The notes beneath the pieces were generated by a model. It made no database searches, was not told where the DNA came from, and saw only the letters and a program-made list of their open reading frames with translations. A program made the position numbers and the translations under genes. A stretch of 64,000 nucleotides of DNA from an uncultured delta proteobacterium (GTDB taxonomy: Bacteria; Desulfobacterota; BSN033; UBA1163): positions 1,120,001 to 1,184,000 of the forward strand of contig CAWHBU010000002.1 in NCBI GenBank assembly GCA_963827685.1, given 5' to 3'. Of the stretch, positions 63,392 to 64,000 are shown piece after piece (position 1 is the stretch's first letter; every line of letters begins with the position of its first letter).

Positions 63392-64000
63392 TTACCCGGA
63401 GGGATCGTTAACGAGAGGCAGAGTTGAGGAGCTGGAGTTAAGTATTTTCTTTAATTTTTTCTCTATGGTTTTTCTTAGCATAAAAGGGTTGAGAGATTCA
63501 AGCAACATGGAGAGGTCCTGTTTGATATCAGGAGAGACATGGGGTGAATCGATGACACGTTGGTAAGGGGTTTTAGGAGAGTCATGGTGTTTGATGGTTT
63601 TGGAGCCGACTCTTTCTTTGGAGAGGAGTTTCACGGAGGGAGAGAAGAAGTTATGAAAGAGCTTCCATTCATGGGCATAGAGGTTATTGAGGAGAGGGAC
63701 GACTTTGGGATCGTCGAGGCGTTGGTAGCCGAGCCATTGGCGGACATGGGTCCAGTTTTTCTGCTCGACATGGGCATTATCGTCTTTATGATAGGCGCGG
63801 CTTCGAGTGAACTGAACAGGTTTATCCCTTTTGGTAAAGTGTCTGAGGAGGTGATAATTGAGAAACTCGCCTCCATTGTCACAATCGAAGCCGAGCAAGG
63901 GGAAAGGCAAAGCCTTTTCGATCTGTTTCATTTGTTCGAGGGTATCGGTTTCTCCTTTGCCCCAGACGGCTCGTTGTTCAGTCCAACCGGTTGCAATATC
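63392..64000 (-). CDS. Integrase-core (rve/DDE) transposase, 5'-truncated by the window edge
   Basis: Frame open to 64000 (DIATGWTE...), GFDCDNGGEF, RSRAYHKDDNAHVEQKN, KTPYQR. Confidence 0.85.
   Translation of the reverse strand, partial: DIATGWTEQRAVWGKGETDTLEQMKQIEKALPFPLLGFDCDNGGEFLNYHLLRHFTKRDKPVQFTRSRAYHKDDNAHVEQKNWTHVRQWLGYQRLDDPKVVPLLNNLYAHEWKLFHNFFSPSVKLLSKERVGSKTIKHHDSPKTPYQRVIDSPHVSPDIKQDLSMLLESLNPFMLRKTIEKKLKKILNSSSSTLPLVNDPSG

Overview
64-kb window that looks like a deltaproteobacterial (Desulfobacterota-like) chromosome; the taxonomy is inferred from gene content. The left half holds housekeeping and envelope genes: queC, cardiolipin synthase, PAP2, IscU, LTA-synthase/sulfatase, LpxL-like acyltransferase, gmhA, GalT-like, Ppx, YgbA, MATE, Crp/Fnr, an Mla-like ABC operon and a Tat-exported AKR/DUF362/4Fe-4S module. 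It also carries an integron-cassette-like patch with an attC site and an IS256 insertion. The right half (about 28.9-63.2 kb) is a large nitrogen-assimilation island: a NifA-like GAF sigma54 activator, two Amt, a porin, three PII proteins (one with its ligand-binding residues systematically replaced), a class I GATase, an IS200-interrupted asnB, glnD, two glnA and a split archaeal-type GOGAT. The most unusual element is a frameshift-split, about 2530-aa, domain-permuted glutamate-synthase-like protein fused to an FAD-oxidase/ferredoxin module, with an internal Ntn cysteine. Regulatory signals read directly from the DNA include four sigma54 promoters in the island, a 37-bp activator site repeated three times, and ANTAR-type dual-hexaloop attenuators in front of both glnA genes. 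Four single-base frameshifts in homopolymer runs suggest possible assembly errors. Family calls come from motif recognition only; no database searches were run.
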